Shown here: piece after piece, positions 8,829 through 17,259 of the stretch | Numbering within the stretch: position 1 is the stretch's first letter | Layout: each line of letters begins with the position of its first letter | NCBI GenBank assembly: GCA_963822445.1 | Contig: CAWGHO010000003.1 | Span: 1,152,001-1,216,000 of the forward strand | DNA from: an uncultured Acidobacteriota bacterium | GTDB taxonomy: Bacteria; Acidobacteriota; Thermoanaerobaculia; Gp7-AA8 | Direction: 5' to 3' | DNA: 64,000 bases | The notes under the pieces: model-generated | What the model saw: only the letters and a program-made list of their open reading frames with translations | Databases searched by the model: none | Told to the model about the DNA's origin: nothing | Made by a program: the position numbers and the translations under genes

Positions 8829-9911
8829 ATGAAGTTTTCCGACAAGCTCCCCTATCTGAAGTATCTGGTCGACAAGCGCGGCATGCGCCCGGTCTACCTG
8901 ATCCTCGGCCTGACCTACGACTGCAACTCCTTCTGCCGCACCTGCTTCAACTGGGAGCAGCTCCGGAAGAACAAGGAGCACGAGCTGTCGCTGGACGAGA
9001 TCAAGCAGACCCTTTCGTCGATGGGCGACCTGCTGTTCATCGTCATGAGCGGGGGCGAGCCCTTTCTCCGCCGTGATCTGCCGGAGATCTGCGAGTTTCT
9101 GTCGACCAACAACCACGTCAAGCAGATCACCATCCCCACCGGTGCCATCACCAGCGATCTGATCGCCCGCCAGGTCGAGACGACGCTGCAGCGCTGCCCG
9201 AACACGCAGATCGTGGTCAACCTCTCCATCGACCACATCGGCGAGAAGCACGACTGGATCCGCGGCGTTCCCGGCAACTACGAGAAGGCGAAGAAGACCT
9301 ACGCGCATCTCATCGCCTTGCGCGACAAGTACGCGAACCTGACGGTGAACGTGCACACGTGCTTGTGCACCTACAACGCCGAGGATCTGGACGTCCTGTT
9401 CGAGGGCGTGCGGCGCGATTTTCCGAAGGTCTCCTTCCACTCCTTCGAGATGCTGCGCGGCGATCAGCCCGACAAGAACATCCAGCCCATCACCACCGAG
9501 CGCTATCGAGAGCTGTTGCCGAAGCTGGAGGAGTACTGGAACAGCTACCGCAACTACGACGGCTTCCTGAAGTTCGTGAAGATCTATTCGCGGAAGATGG
9601 AGCTGGCCGTGCTCGAACAGGAAACGCAGGTTCGCCCGTGCCACGCCGGTCTCGTCTCGGGCGTGCTCGACGCGCGCGGCGAAGTGCGGATGTGCGAGCT
9701 GCGCGAGGCCGTGGGGAACGTGAAGGACACCGGCTTCAACTGGGACAAGCTCTGGTTCTCGCCCGAGGCGGATGAACAGCGCCGCTCGATCCGCGCGAAG
9801 GAGTGCCACTGCACGCACTCCTGCTTCATGTCGTCCTCGCTGGTGTTCGACGTCCGGACCTGGGGCGCGTATCTGCAGAGCACCGTCGTGAATTTCCTCT
9901 CCGCTTCGTGA
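8829..9911 (+). CDS. Radical SAM protein with SPASM/twitch-like C-terminal domain
   Basis: CNSFCRTC, SGGEPFLR, C-terminal PCHAG...G.VRMC...CHCTHSC. Confidence 0.92.
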   Translation: MKFSDKLPYLKYLVDKRGMRPVYLILGLTYDCNSFCRTCFNWEQLRKNKEHELSLDEIKQTLSSMGDLLFIVMSGGEPFLRRDLPEICEFLSTNNHVKQITIPTGAITSDLIARQVETTLQRCPNTQIVVNLSIDHIGEKHDWIRGVPGNYEKAKKTYAHLIALRDKYANLTVNVHTCLCTYNAEDLDVLFEGVRRDFPKVSFHSFEMLRGDQPDKNIQPITTERYRELLPKLEEYWNSYRNYDGFLKFVKIYSRKMELAVLEQETQVRPCHAGLVSGVLDARGEVRMCELREAVGNVKDTGFNWDKLWFSPEADEQRRSIRAKECHCTHSCFMSSSLVFDVRTWGAYLQSTVVNFLSAS

Positions 9912-10990
9912 AGACCATCCTCGTCGGCCCGGTCTACCCCTTCCGCGCCGGCATCGCCTACTGCACGACGCGTCTCGCCGAGGAGCTGCGGTGCGAGGTG
10001 ATCTCCTTCAAACGGCAGTTCCCGAAGTTTCTTTATCCGGGCGGCGATGACGTCGATCCGACCCTGCCGCGCGCGAATGCGAGGTTCCTTCTCGACATCG
10101 TGAATCCCTTCACCTGGCTGCGCACGGCGTTGCTGCTGCGGCGCGAGAAGCCGGATGCGGTGATCCTGGTCTGGTGGGTGTGGGTGTGGGCGCTGCCGTA
10201 CCTGACGTTGATTGCGTTGCTGCCGAAGAAGACGCGGGTGATCCTGCAGTGCCACAACATCGGCGACAAGGAACCAGCGGCCTGGAAGCGGATGCTGAGC
10301 AATCTCGTGCTGCGGCGGGGGGATGTGCTCGTGGTGCATGCGAAGACCGAGGCGGAGGATGCGTGGAGACGAACCACCAAACCGATTGTTTCCACCTTCC
10401 TCCCGGTGCATGAGTTGGGCGGCGCAATTCCATCCCGCGCCGACGCCCGCAAACAGCTCGGACTCAAAGACAACGTCGCCCTTTTCTTCGGCCACGTCCG
10501 CCCATTCAAAGGCCTCGACATCGCGTTGAACGCATGGCGACTGCTGAAGACCGACGTCACCCTCGTCGTCGCCGGCGAGGCCTGGTGGAAATCGGAGGAC
10601 GAGTATCGCCGGCTCGCGAAAGGACTGGACAACGTCCGCTTCGACTTCCGCTTCATCCCCGATGCGGAGATCGCCACGTACTTTGCCGCGGCGGACGTCG
10701 TGCTCGCGCCCTATCGCATCGAAGCCCAGAGCGGCGTCGCACTGACCGCGTTTCACTTCGCCCGGCCGGTCATTGCCACGCGCGTCGGCGGGTTGCCGGA
10801 GATCATCGAGGAAGGCCGGAACGGGATGCTCGTGCCGGTCGAGGATCCCGCGGCGCTGGCGAAAGCCGTGGATGCGTTTTTCGCGCGGAACGATCGCGAG
10901 GAGGTGGAGCGACAGGCCGCAGCCTCGGCCCGTAAGTATTCCTGGGAGGAATACGGAGCGCTCCTCGGGCGCTTGGTGGCAGGCGAATGA
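9908..10990 (+). CDS. Glycosyltransferase family 4
   Basis: GTGA overlap; GP.YPFRAGIA, FFGHVRPFKG, RPVIATRVGGLPEII. Confidence 0.92.
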   Translation: MKTILVGPVYPFRAGIAYCTTRLAEELRCEVISFKRQFPKFLYPGGDDVDPTLPRANARFLLDIVNPFTWLRTALLLRREKPDAVILVWWVWVWALPYLTLIALLPKKTRVILQCHNIGDKEPAAWKRMLSNLVLRRGDVLVVHAKTEAEDAWRRTTKPIVSTFLPVHELGGAIPSRADARKQLGLKDNVALFFGHVRPFKGLDIALNAWRLLKTDVTLVVAGEAWWKSEDEYRRLAKGLDNVRFDFRFIPDAEIATYFAAADVVLAPYRIEAQSGVALTAFHFARPVIATRVGGLPEIIEEGRNGMLVPVEDPAALAKAVDAFFARNDREEVERQAAASARKYSWEEYGALLGRLVAGE

Positions 10991-11913
10991 AGTTTTCCCC
11001 TTCACGGATCAAGGTCGGTCTCGAGCTGACCTCCAAGTGCAATCTGCGCTGCGGGATGTGCCCGCTGCCGGTGCTCCGCCGTCCGTACGAGGACATGGAG
11101 TGGCACCTCGTCGAAAAGGCCGAGCGCGAGATCCACGGGATGGGCCTGAAGCTCAAGTGGCTGCACGAGATGGGGGAGCCGCTGCTGTACGCGCGGATCG
11201 ACGACGCCATCCGCCTCTTCCCCGAGGCCAGCGTGTCGACGAACGGCCTGGTGCTGACCGAGGAGGTCGGCGCGAAGCTGCTCGCTTCGCCGCTCAAGCG
11301 CCTGCGCATCTGCGTCGACTCGATCAACCCGAAGGTCTATCCCCAGCTCCGCACCGGCGGAGACTTCGACAAGCTCGTCGATCTCACCCAGAAGTTCCTC
11401 AGGCAGGCCAAGGGCCATCCGATGCGCATCGAGATCCAGAAGATGCGCTCGCGGCTGACGCTCGAGGAGACCACGGACGACTTCCGCAAGCTCTTCGATC
11501 TCCGCCAGTTCAAAAATGCGCGGGTCATCGAGAAAACGTGCGAGGCCCTCGACGTCAACGAGGAGACCGATCTGCACGGGAAGTTCTACGGCTGCGTGCA
11601 GGGCGCCTTTTTTACCTGGGTGGTGGTCTTCGCCGACGGCCGGGTCACGCACTGCTGCTACGACGCGCACGGCGATCAGGTGATGGGCGATCTGAAGACG
11701 CACTCGCTGCGCGAGATCATCGAGAGCGACCGCTTCGCCACGATGCAGGACGCCTTCAACCGCCGCGACTTCTCCCAGCTCCCCCGGTGCGGCGAGTGCT
11801 TCAAGCACGGCGGCGAGTCGCACACGTTCAACGACGTGCTGACCCGCGTTCAGAACCTTCCCGGCGCCGCGAAGGACGCGGTGCGGAAGGTCATTGACTT
11901 GCGGTACCGCTAG
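10987..11913 (+). CDS. Radical SAM/SPASM-domain protein
   Basis: ATGA overlap; CNLRCGMC, GEPLL, C...DGRVTHCC.D...CGEC. Confidence 0.92.
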   Translation: MKFSPSRIKVGLELTSKCNLRCGMCPLPVLRRPYEDMEWHLVEKAEREIHGMGLKLKWLHEMGEPLLYARIDDAIRLFPEASVSTNGLVLTEEVGAKLLASPLKRLRICVDSINPKVYPQLRTGGDFDKLVDLTQKFLRQAKGHPMRIEIQKMRSRLTLEETTDDFRKLFDLRQFKNARVIEKTCEALDVNEETDLHGKFYGCVQGAFFTWVVVFADGRVTHCCYDAHGDQVMGDLKTHSLREIIESDRFATMQDAFNRRDFSQLPRCGECFKHGGESHTFNDVLTRVQNLPGAAKDAVRKVIDLRYR

Positions 11914-12751
11914 GTACCTTCAGTGCCTCCTCGATCAACCGCGCAAGACGCAGACCGGCCAGGAGCATGCGCTCTTCGATGATGGGCACCGCCTCCCTCA
12001 CGTAGGTTTCGTCGAACGGCTTCTTGGTCGTGTGGAGCTCCCTCGCTTTCTGGTGCGATTCGTTGAGCCACGACGTCGACGTTCCCGTGGCGAGCACCGC
12101 TGGGTCGCGTCCGGCGAGCGTGTCGTTCATCAGCCGGGTCACCCACTGCGCGTCGGTGCGGCCCTGCTTCTCGATGATGCCGGAGTCCCAGACGCTGTGC
12201 AGGTTGGTCTCCCGTCCGTCGAATGTCAGCTTCACGAGATTGGCGCCGAGGTCGGGATCGCCGTTCGGAAGGCGTCCGAAGCCGGTGTGAAACGGCTGGT
12301 GCATGTCGCCCATGAAGTGAATGAGGTAGATCAGCGCCGACTCGTGGTCGCAATTGTTGCGCTTCGAATCGCTGAGAATCTCCACCATCCGGTCGATGCG
12401 GCGGACCACGCAGTCGCCGTTCGGACAGTCCCTGCTCTCGTCGTACGTCGGATTGGCGATGTCGATGTTCACGAAGTGCCAGTCGCGCGTGGGCAGGGCC
12501 AGCTCGATCTGGCGGAAGTCGTCGGGAGCGTTGGCGACCGCGGCGAACGACCGCGGGTCGTCGCACGGCGCGCAGTCTCTGTTGTGGTTGTTCGCGCGCA
12601 GAGCATCCCGGGCTCGTTGCAGCGCCTGGGGCGAGGTCTGCTCGAGACGCTTCTCGGCGATCTGACCGACCACGCGATGTCCCTGCGCGCCCCACCCGAA
12701 CGCCGACTGCGAAATCACCATCAGGATGAGCAACAATCCGCACCTCTTCAT
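11891..12751 (-). CDS. S1/P1 nuclease family protein, secreted
   Basis: SD GAGGAGG; signal peptide then mature WGAQGH; WHF, HFMGDMHQPFH, NLHSVWD zinc ligands. Confidence 0.93.
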   Translation of the reverse strand: MKRCGLLLILMVISQSAFGWGAQGHRVVGQIAEKRLEQTSPQALQRARDALRANNHNRDCAPCDDPRSFAAVANAPDDFRQIELALPTRDWHFVNIDIANPTYDESRDCPNGDCVVRRIDRMVEILSDSKRNNCDHESALIYLIHFMGDMHQPFHTGFGRLPNGDPDLGANLVKLTFDGRETNLHSVWDSGIIEKQGRTDAQWVTRLMNDTLAGRDPAVLATGTSTSWLNESHQKARELHTTKKPFDETYVREAVPIIEERMLLAGLRLARLIEEALKVPSGTASQ

Positions 12752-12995
12752 GACCATCCTCCTCAATCTTCTTTTCGGCTTCGCCCCGATTCTCATTCTC
12801 GGCGCGAGCATCGCCGCCGGCACGGACGACGATCCGCGGCACCGCCGCGTTTTCTTGCTGGTTTATGGACTATGGGCCTTCACGTTGGCAATTGCCAACT
12901 GGATCAAGTCCGGGAACCTGTTCTGGATCGGCCTCTGGATTGTCTTCGGGATCGTCGCGCTGGCGATCAGTTTTCGCAGGCCTTCACCTGAATGA
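12750..12995 (+). CDS. Small membrane protein (3 predicted TM helices)
   Basis: Three hydrophobic stretches filling the gap between genes; start 12726 or 12750. Confidence 0.5.
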   Translation: MTILLNLLFGFAPILILGASIAAGTDDDPRHRRVFLLVYGLWAFTLAIANWIKSGNLFWIGLWIVFGIVALAISFRRPSPE

Positions 12996-13961
12996 AATCG
13001 GGATGTCGTCCATGGTCAGCACGCCGTGGCGCGCCTGCACGATCCGGGGAATGCAGTTGACGACCATGGCCGCGGTGGCGCGATCGCCGTGGACGCCGTG
13101 CTTGATCTCCATCTCCACGTCGGGGACGCCGCGCACGATCACGCGATCCGCGGCCACGGCTTCCGCGCCGACGTACATCCGCAGCTCGAGGCTCACGTCG
13201 ACGCGGCCCTTGCCGTAAATCGTCTGATGCACGCCGGCGACCTGTCCCGGCGCGACTTTGAGGTACTGCGTGATGATCTCGCGGTCGGCGATGATCGGCT
13301 CGATCGTTTCCTCGCTGACGCTGGTGAAGTCGACGCCCAGGCCGTTGCCGACCATGATCAGCGACTCCCTGAGGCCCATGTGCTTGATCTTCCCCGCGGC
13401 GACGGCGGCGCGGAACTCGTCGACGGTCATGCTCGCCCCGACCTTGCGCTGCAGCGGCTCGCGGCGGGTCGATGCGTTCTGGATGCGGATGATCTCGACG
13501 GACTTCACGTCCTGGCAGACCGAGGTGATGGTGAGGGGGAGCTTGTCCATCACGAAGCCGGGATTCACGCCGGTGCCGATGAGAGCGGCGCTGTTCGATC
13601 GCGCGATCTGCTGCAGCTCTTCGCGGATCTTCGTGTCGAGCGGGAAGGAGAGCTCCTCGCAGGTCGAGACGACGTGCGAGCCGCGCGACAGCAACTCTTT
13701 CAATTGATCGGCGACGTCGACGAGGCGCGAGCCGGTCGAGTGGCAGACCACGTCGGCTTTGACGTTGAGGTCCGCGGTGACGGCGACGCCGACTTCGCGC
13801 CCGAGGCCGATCACTTCGCCGACGTCTTTGCCGATCTTGTTCGGATCGATGTCGACCGCTGCGACCAGCTTGACCCACGATTTGGTGAGGAGCAGGCGCG
13901 CGATCTCCGCGCCGATGGGGCCGATGCCGTACTGAGCAACGGTGATGGGTTGAATGTTCAT
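12984..13961 (-). CDS. NAD(P)-dependent dehydrogenase, DapB-like / 2,4-diaminopentanoate dehydrogenase-like family
   Basis: Rossmann YGIGPIG; VVSTCEEL, GTGVNPGF, GVHGDRATAA. Confidence 0.85.
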   Translation of the reverse strand: MNIQPITVAQYGIGPIGAEIARLLLTKSWVKLVAAVDIDPNKIGKDVGEVIGLGREVGVAVTADLNVKADVVCHSTGSRLVDVADQLKELLSRGSHVVSTCEELSFPLDTKIREELQQIARSNSAALIGTGVNPGFVMDKLPLTITSVCQDVKSVEIIRIQNASTRREPLQRKVGASMTVDEFRAAVAAGKIKHMGLRESLIMVGNGLGVDFTSVSEETIEPIIADREIITQYLKVAPGQVAGVHQTIYGKGRVDVSLELRMYVGAEAVAADRVIVRGVPDVEMEIKHGVHGDRATAAMVVNCIPRIVQARHGVLTMDDIPISFR

Positions 13962-13980
13962 GCGGCGCGGATTGTAAGCG

Positions 13981-15045
13981 CTAAAAGAGCGATGCCTCCG
14001 CGCTCGGCTCTTCCTCGTCCTCGTCGAGAAAGTTCGAGACTCCCACGCCCACCAACCTGTATCGCGCATCCGGCGGAAAGTCGAAGCGATCCAGCAGCGA
14101 CACACCAAGGTCCGCGAGCTGCTGCGCGCTCGACGGAAGCTCGGGCGGCGTGATCCGCCGCGTCGCGGTTTGAAAGTCCGGGGTGCGCAGTTTCACGGTG
14201 ACGGTGCGGCCGCGCATCGATTTCTGTTCGAGCGTCTCCCACAGTTTCTGCGCCTGTTCCGCGATCCAGGCCGCGGCTTCTTCGCGGGTCACGTCTTTCG
14301 CGAAGGTGTTCTCGCTCGACCACGACTTGCGTTTGCGCGATGGCTCCACAGGGCTTTCGTCGATGCCGCGCGCGAGCTCCCACAGACGCGTGCCCCATTT
14401 GCCGAAGCGGGCAATGAGCTCGTTCTGCTCGAACTGGTGAAAATCGCCCACCGTCTCGATCTTCATCTCATGCAACACAGCCTCGGTCGCCTTGCCGACG
14501 CCGGGGATCTTGCGGACGGGGAGCGAGACCAGGAACTTCTCGACCTGGTGCGGACGGATGACGAAGCAGCCGTCGGGCTTGCGCCAGTCCGAGGCGATTT
14601 TCGCGAGGAACTTGTTCGGGGCTACGCCGGCGGAGGCGGTGAGATTCGTTTCCTCGCGGATCTCGCGGCGGATCGTTTCCGCGGTTTCGGTCGCCGTCGG
14701 AATGCCGGTCAGCTCCTGGGTCACATCGAGATAGGCCTCGTCCAACGAGAGAGGCTCGACCAGCGGCGTATGCCGCTCGAAGATCTCCCGGATCTGCTTC
14801 GAGACCGCGCGATAACGCTCGAAATCAGGGACGAGCCAGACCCCGGACGGACACAATCGCTTGGCTCGCGAGGCGGGCATCGCCGAGTGCACGCCGAACT
14901 TGCGGGCCTCGTAGGACGCGGCGCAAACGACGCTCCGTTCGCCGGCCCAGCCGACGATGACCGGCTTGCCTTTGAGCGACGGATCGTCACGTTGTTCGAC
15001 GGATGCGTAGAACGCATCCATGTCGATGTGAATAATCTTCCGCAC
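13981..15045 (-). CDS. dinB: DNA polymerase IV
   Basis: RKIIHIDMDAFYASVEQRD, SYEARKFGV, SLDEAYLD, NKFLAKIASDW.KPDG. Confidence 0.96.
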   Translation of the reverse strand: MRKIIHIDMDAFYASVEQRDDPSLKGKPVIVGWAGERSVVCAASYEARKFGVHSAMPASRAKRLCPSGVWLVPDFERYRAVSKQIREIFERHTPLVEPLSLDEAYLDVTQELTGIPTATETAETIRREIREETNLTASAGVAPNKFLAKIASDWRKPDGCFVIRPHQVEKFLVSLPVRKIPGVGKATEAVLHEMKIETVGDFHQFEQNELIARFGKWGTRLWELARGIDESPVEPSRKRKSWSSENTFAKDVTREEAAAWIAEQAQKLWETLEQKSMRGRTVTVKLRTPDFQTATRRITPPELPSSAQQLADLGVSLLDRFDFPPDARYRLVGVGVSNFLDEDEEEPSAEASLF

Positions 15046-15047
15046 CT

Positions 15048-16163
15048 GTGAGCATCCTAAACGACCTCCCCACTCCCGCTTTTCTCGTCGATCGACCGGC
15101 ACTGAACCGCAACTGCGCGCGAATGCGCGAGAAGGCCCTCGCGTCCGGCGTGGCCTTCCGCCCGCACGTGAAAACGCATAAGTCCGTGGAGATCGGACGC
15201 ATCCAGCACGACGGCGCGCCGGGAGCGATCACCGTGTCGACGCTCGCCGAGGGGGAGGTTTTCGCGGCGGATGGCTTCCGGGACATTACCTACGCCGTGC
15301 CGCTTGCGCCGTCACGCGACAAGCTCGATCGCGTGAACGCGCTCGCCGCTCGTGTCGATCGACTCAGCGTTCTCATCGACTCGGAAACGGCGTTGCGCGC
15401 GCTCGAGGAGTACGCGGCGTCGCATGACATGGTCTTCGACGTTTTTCTGAAGGTCGATTGCGGCTATCACCGCGCCGGCGTCGATCCATCGAGCCCCGAC
15501 AGCGTCCGGCTGGCGATGGGCATGGCCCGTTCGGAAGGCGTGCGCTTTCAGGGTCTGCTCACGCATGCGGGTCACTCCTACAACGCGCGGGACATCGAGG
15601 AGATCCGGCGCGTGGCCGCGGAGGAGTCGGGCTCGCTGAGCCGCTTCCGCGCCCTCCTCGCCACAGAAGGCCTCGGCGACGCCCGCCGCAGCATCGGCTC
15701 GACGCCGACGCTTTCGGTGACGGAACGGTTCAGCGACTGCGATGAAGTGCGTCCGGGCAATTATGTTTTCTACGACGCCTTCCAGGCCACGATCGGGTCC
15801 TGCGCGTTCGAAGACGTCGCCGTGTCGGTGCTGGCGACGGTCGTCGGCTCGTATCCCGAGCGTGGTTCGGTAATTGTCGACGCGGGCGCACTCGCAATGT
15901 CGAAAGACGCCGGCCCCGAGCACGTCGATCCGAAGTTCGGTTACGGAATCGTCTGCGATCTCGATCTGCGCCCGCTGCCGATGCGCGTCGCCGCGCTGTC
16001 GCAGGAGCATGGAAAGCTGGTAGGGGAGGCGCGGCTGCCGGTCGGAACGCGCGTGCGCATCGTTCCGAATCACTCCTGCCTGACCGCGGCGATGTTCGAC
16101 AAGTACGCGATCGTGGAGCGGGGGAAGGTCGTCGATGAATGGAAGCCGGTAAGAGGTTGGTGA
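15048..16163 (+). CDS. Fold-type III PLP enzyme, DSD1/D-threonine aldolase family
   Basis: RPHVKTHK (PLP lysine), D.GYHRAG, GSTPT, EVRPGNYVFYD, SQEHG, PNHSC. Confidence 0.9.
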   Translation: MSILNDLPTPAFLVDRPALNRNCARMREKALASGVAFRPHVKTHKSVEIGRIQHDGAPGAITVSTLAEGEVFAADGFRDITYAVPLAPSRDKLDRVNALAARVDRLSVLIDSETALRALEEYAASHDMVFDVFLKVDCGYHRAGVDPSSPDSVRLAMGMARSEGVRFQGLLTHAGHSYNARDIEEIRRVAAEESGSLSRFRALLATEGLGDARRSIGSTPTLSVTERFSDCDEVRPGNYVFYDAFQATIGSCAFEDVAVSVLATVVGSYPERGSVIVDAGALAMSKDAGPEHVDPKFGYGIVCDLDLRPLPMRVAALSQEHGKLVGEARLPVGTRVRIVPNHSCLTAAMFDKYAIVERGKVVDEWKPVRGW

Positions 16164-17096
16164 TGAAGAAACTGGAAGGGAAAGTCGCTGTCGTCGCCGG
16201 TGCCACCCGCGGTGCGGGACGCGGAATCGCCACCGCGCTCGGGGAACTGGGAGCAACGGTTTACTGCACCGGCCGGAGCGTTCCGGGTAGTCCGGGGATG
16301 AAGGGTCGCCCGGAGACGATCGATCAGACCGCGGAGATCGTGACGGCGCGCGGCGGTCGCGGGATCGCCGTGCAGGTCGATCACACGGTGCCGGAGCAGG
16401 TCGAGCGTTTGTTCGAGCAGGTCGGCGAGTTCGACATCCTCATCAACGACATCTGGGGCGGCGACGAGCTCGCCGAGTGGGGAAAGAAGCTGTGGGAGAC
16501 GAAGCTCGAGGACGGGCTGACGATGATCGACCGCGCGATCAAGACGCACATCATCACCAGCTACTACGGCCTTCCGCGGATGCGAGCGGGCGGGCTGGTC
16601 GTCGAGATCACGGACGGCGACGCGTACTTTTATCGCGGGCATTTTTTCTACGACCTGGTGAAGACGACGGTCATCCGGATGGCCTTCGCGCTCTCGCAGG
16701 AGCTGAAGGGCCGCGGACATCACCGCTGTCGCCGTGACGCCCGGCTTCCTGCGTTCGGAGTGGATGCTCGACCAGTTCGGCGTGACGGAGGCGAACTGGC
16801 GGGATGCGGCGAAGAAGGTGAAGGAGTTCATCGCCTCGGAGACGCCGCTCTTCGTCGGCCGCGGCATCGCCGCGCTCGCCGCAGACCCGAATGTCGCGTC
16901 GAAGAACGGCCGCGTCGTCGCCTCCTGGGATCTCGGCGACGAATACGGCGTCAATGATGCCGACGGCACGCGCCCGCACTTCATCCGCTGGCTGGAGGAG
17001 AACGAGCCGAAGATGGCCGCCGGCTGGAAGAAACTCGACGACACGTTTTACTCGTATTGGGGCTCGATGCCGTATGAGATGCCGGCGCAGGAGTGA
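16163..17096 (+). pseudogene. SDR family oxidoreductase interrupted by a +1 frameshift near 16715 (or a sequencing error)
   Basis: AGATRGAG and YDLVK in one frame; the continuation DITAVAVTPGFLRSE...SETP lies in the frame of ORF 16734..17096. Confidence 0.8.
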
Positions 17097-17154
17097 TTGG
17101 GGGTTAGGAGTAGCGGTGATGGTTGGTTCGACGAATCACTGAACACTAATCGCT

Positions 17155-17166
17155 TAGTTAGCCCGC
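17155..17166 (+). mobile_element. Integron core-site-like sequence (GTTAGCC), left boundary of the low-GC segment
   Basis: tagttagcccgc is the exact reverse complement of gcgggctaacta at 19854..19865. Confidence 0.5.
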
Positions 17167-17180
17167 GCGTGAACGCACGA

Positions 17181-17189
17181 TGTTATACT
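17181..17189 (+). promoter_or_regulatory. Putative extended -10 promoter (TGtTATACT) for the Roco gene
   Basis: Near-consensus TGnTATAAT about 70 nt upstream of the ATG at 17260. Confidence 0.45.
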
Positions 17190-17259
17190 TCATGACTTAC
17201 GTACAACCGCTGAGTTACTCCATCGTAAATCGGTGCTTCGTCCCCCTTGCGGAGGCTTC

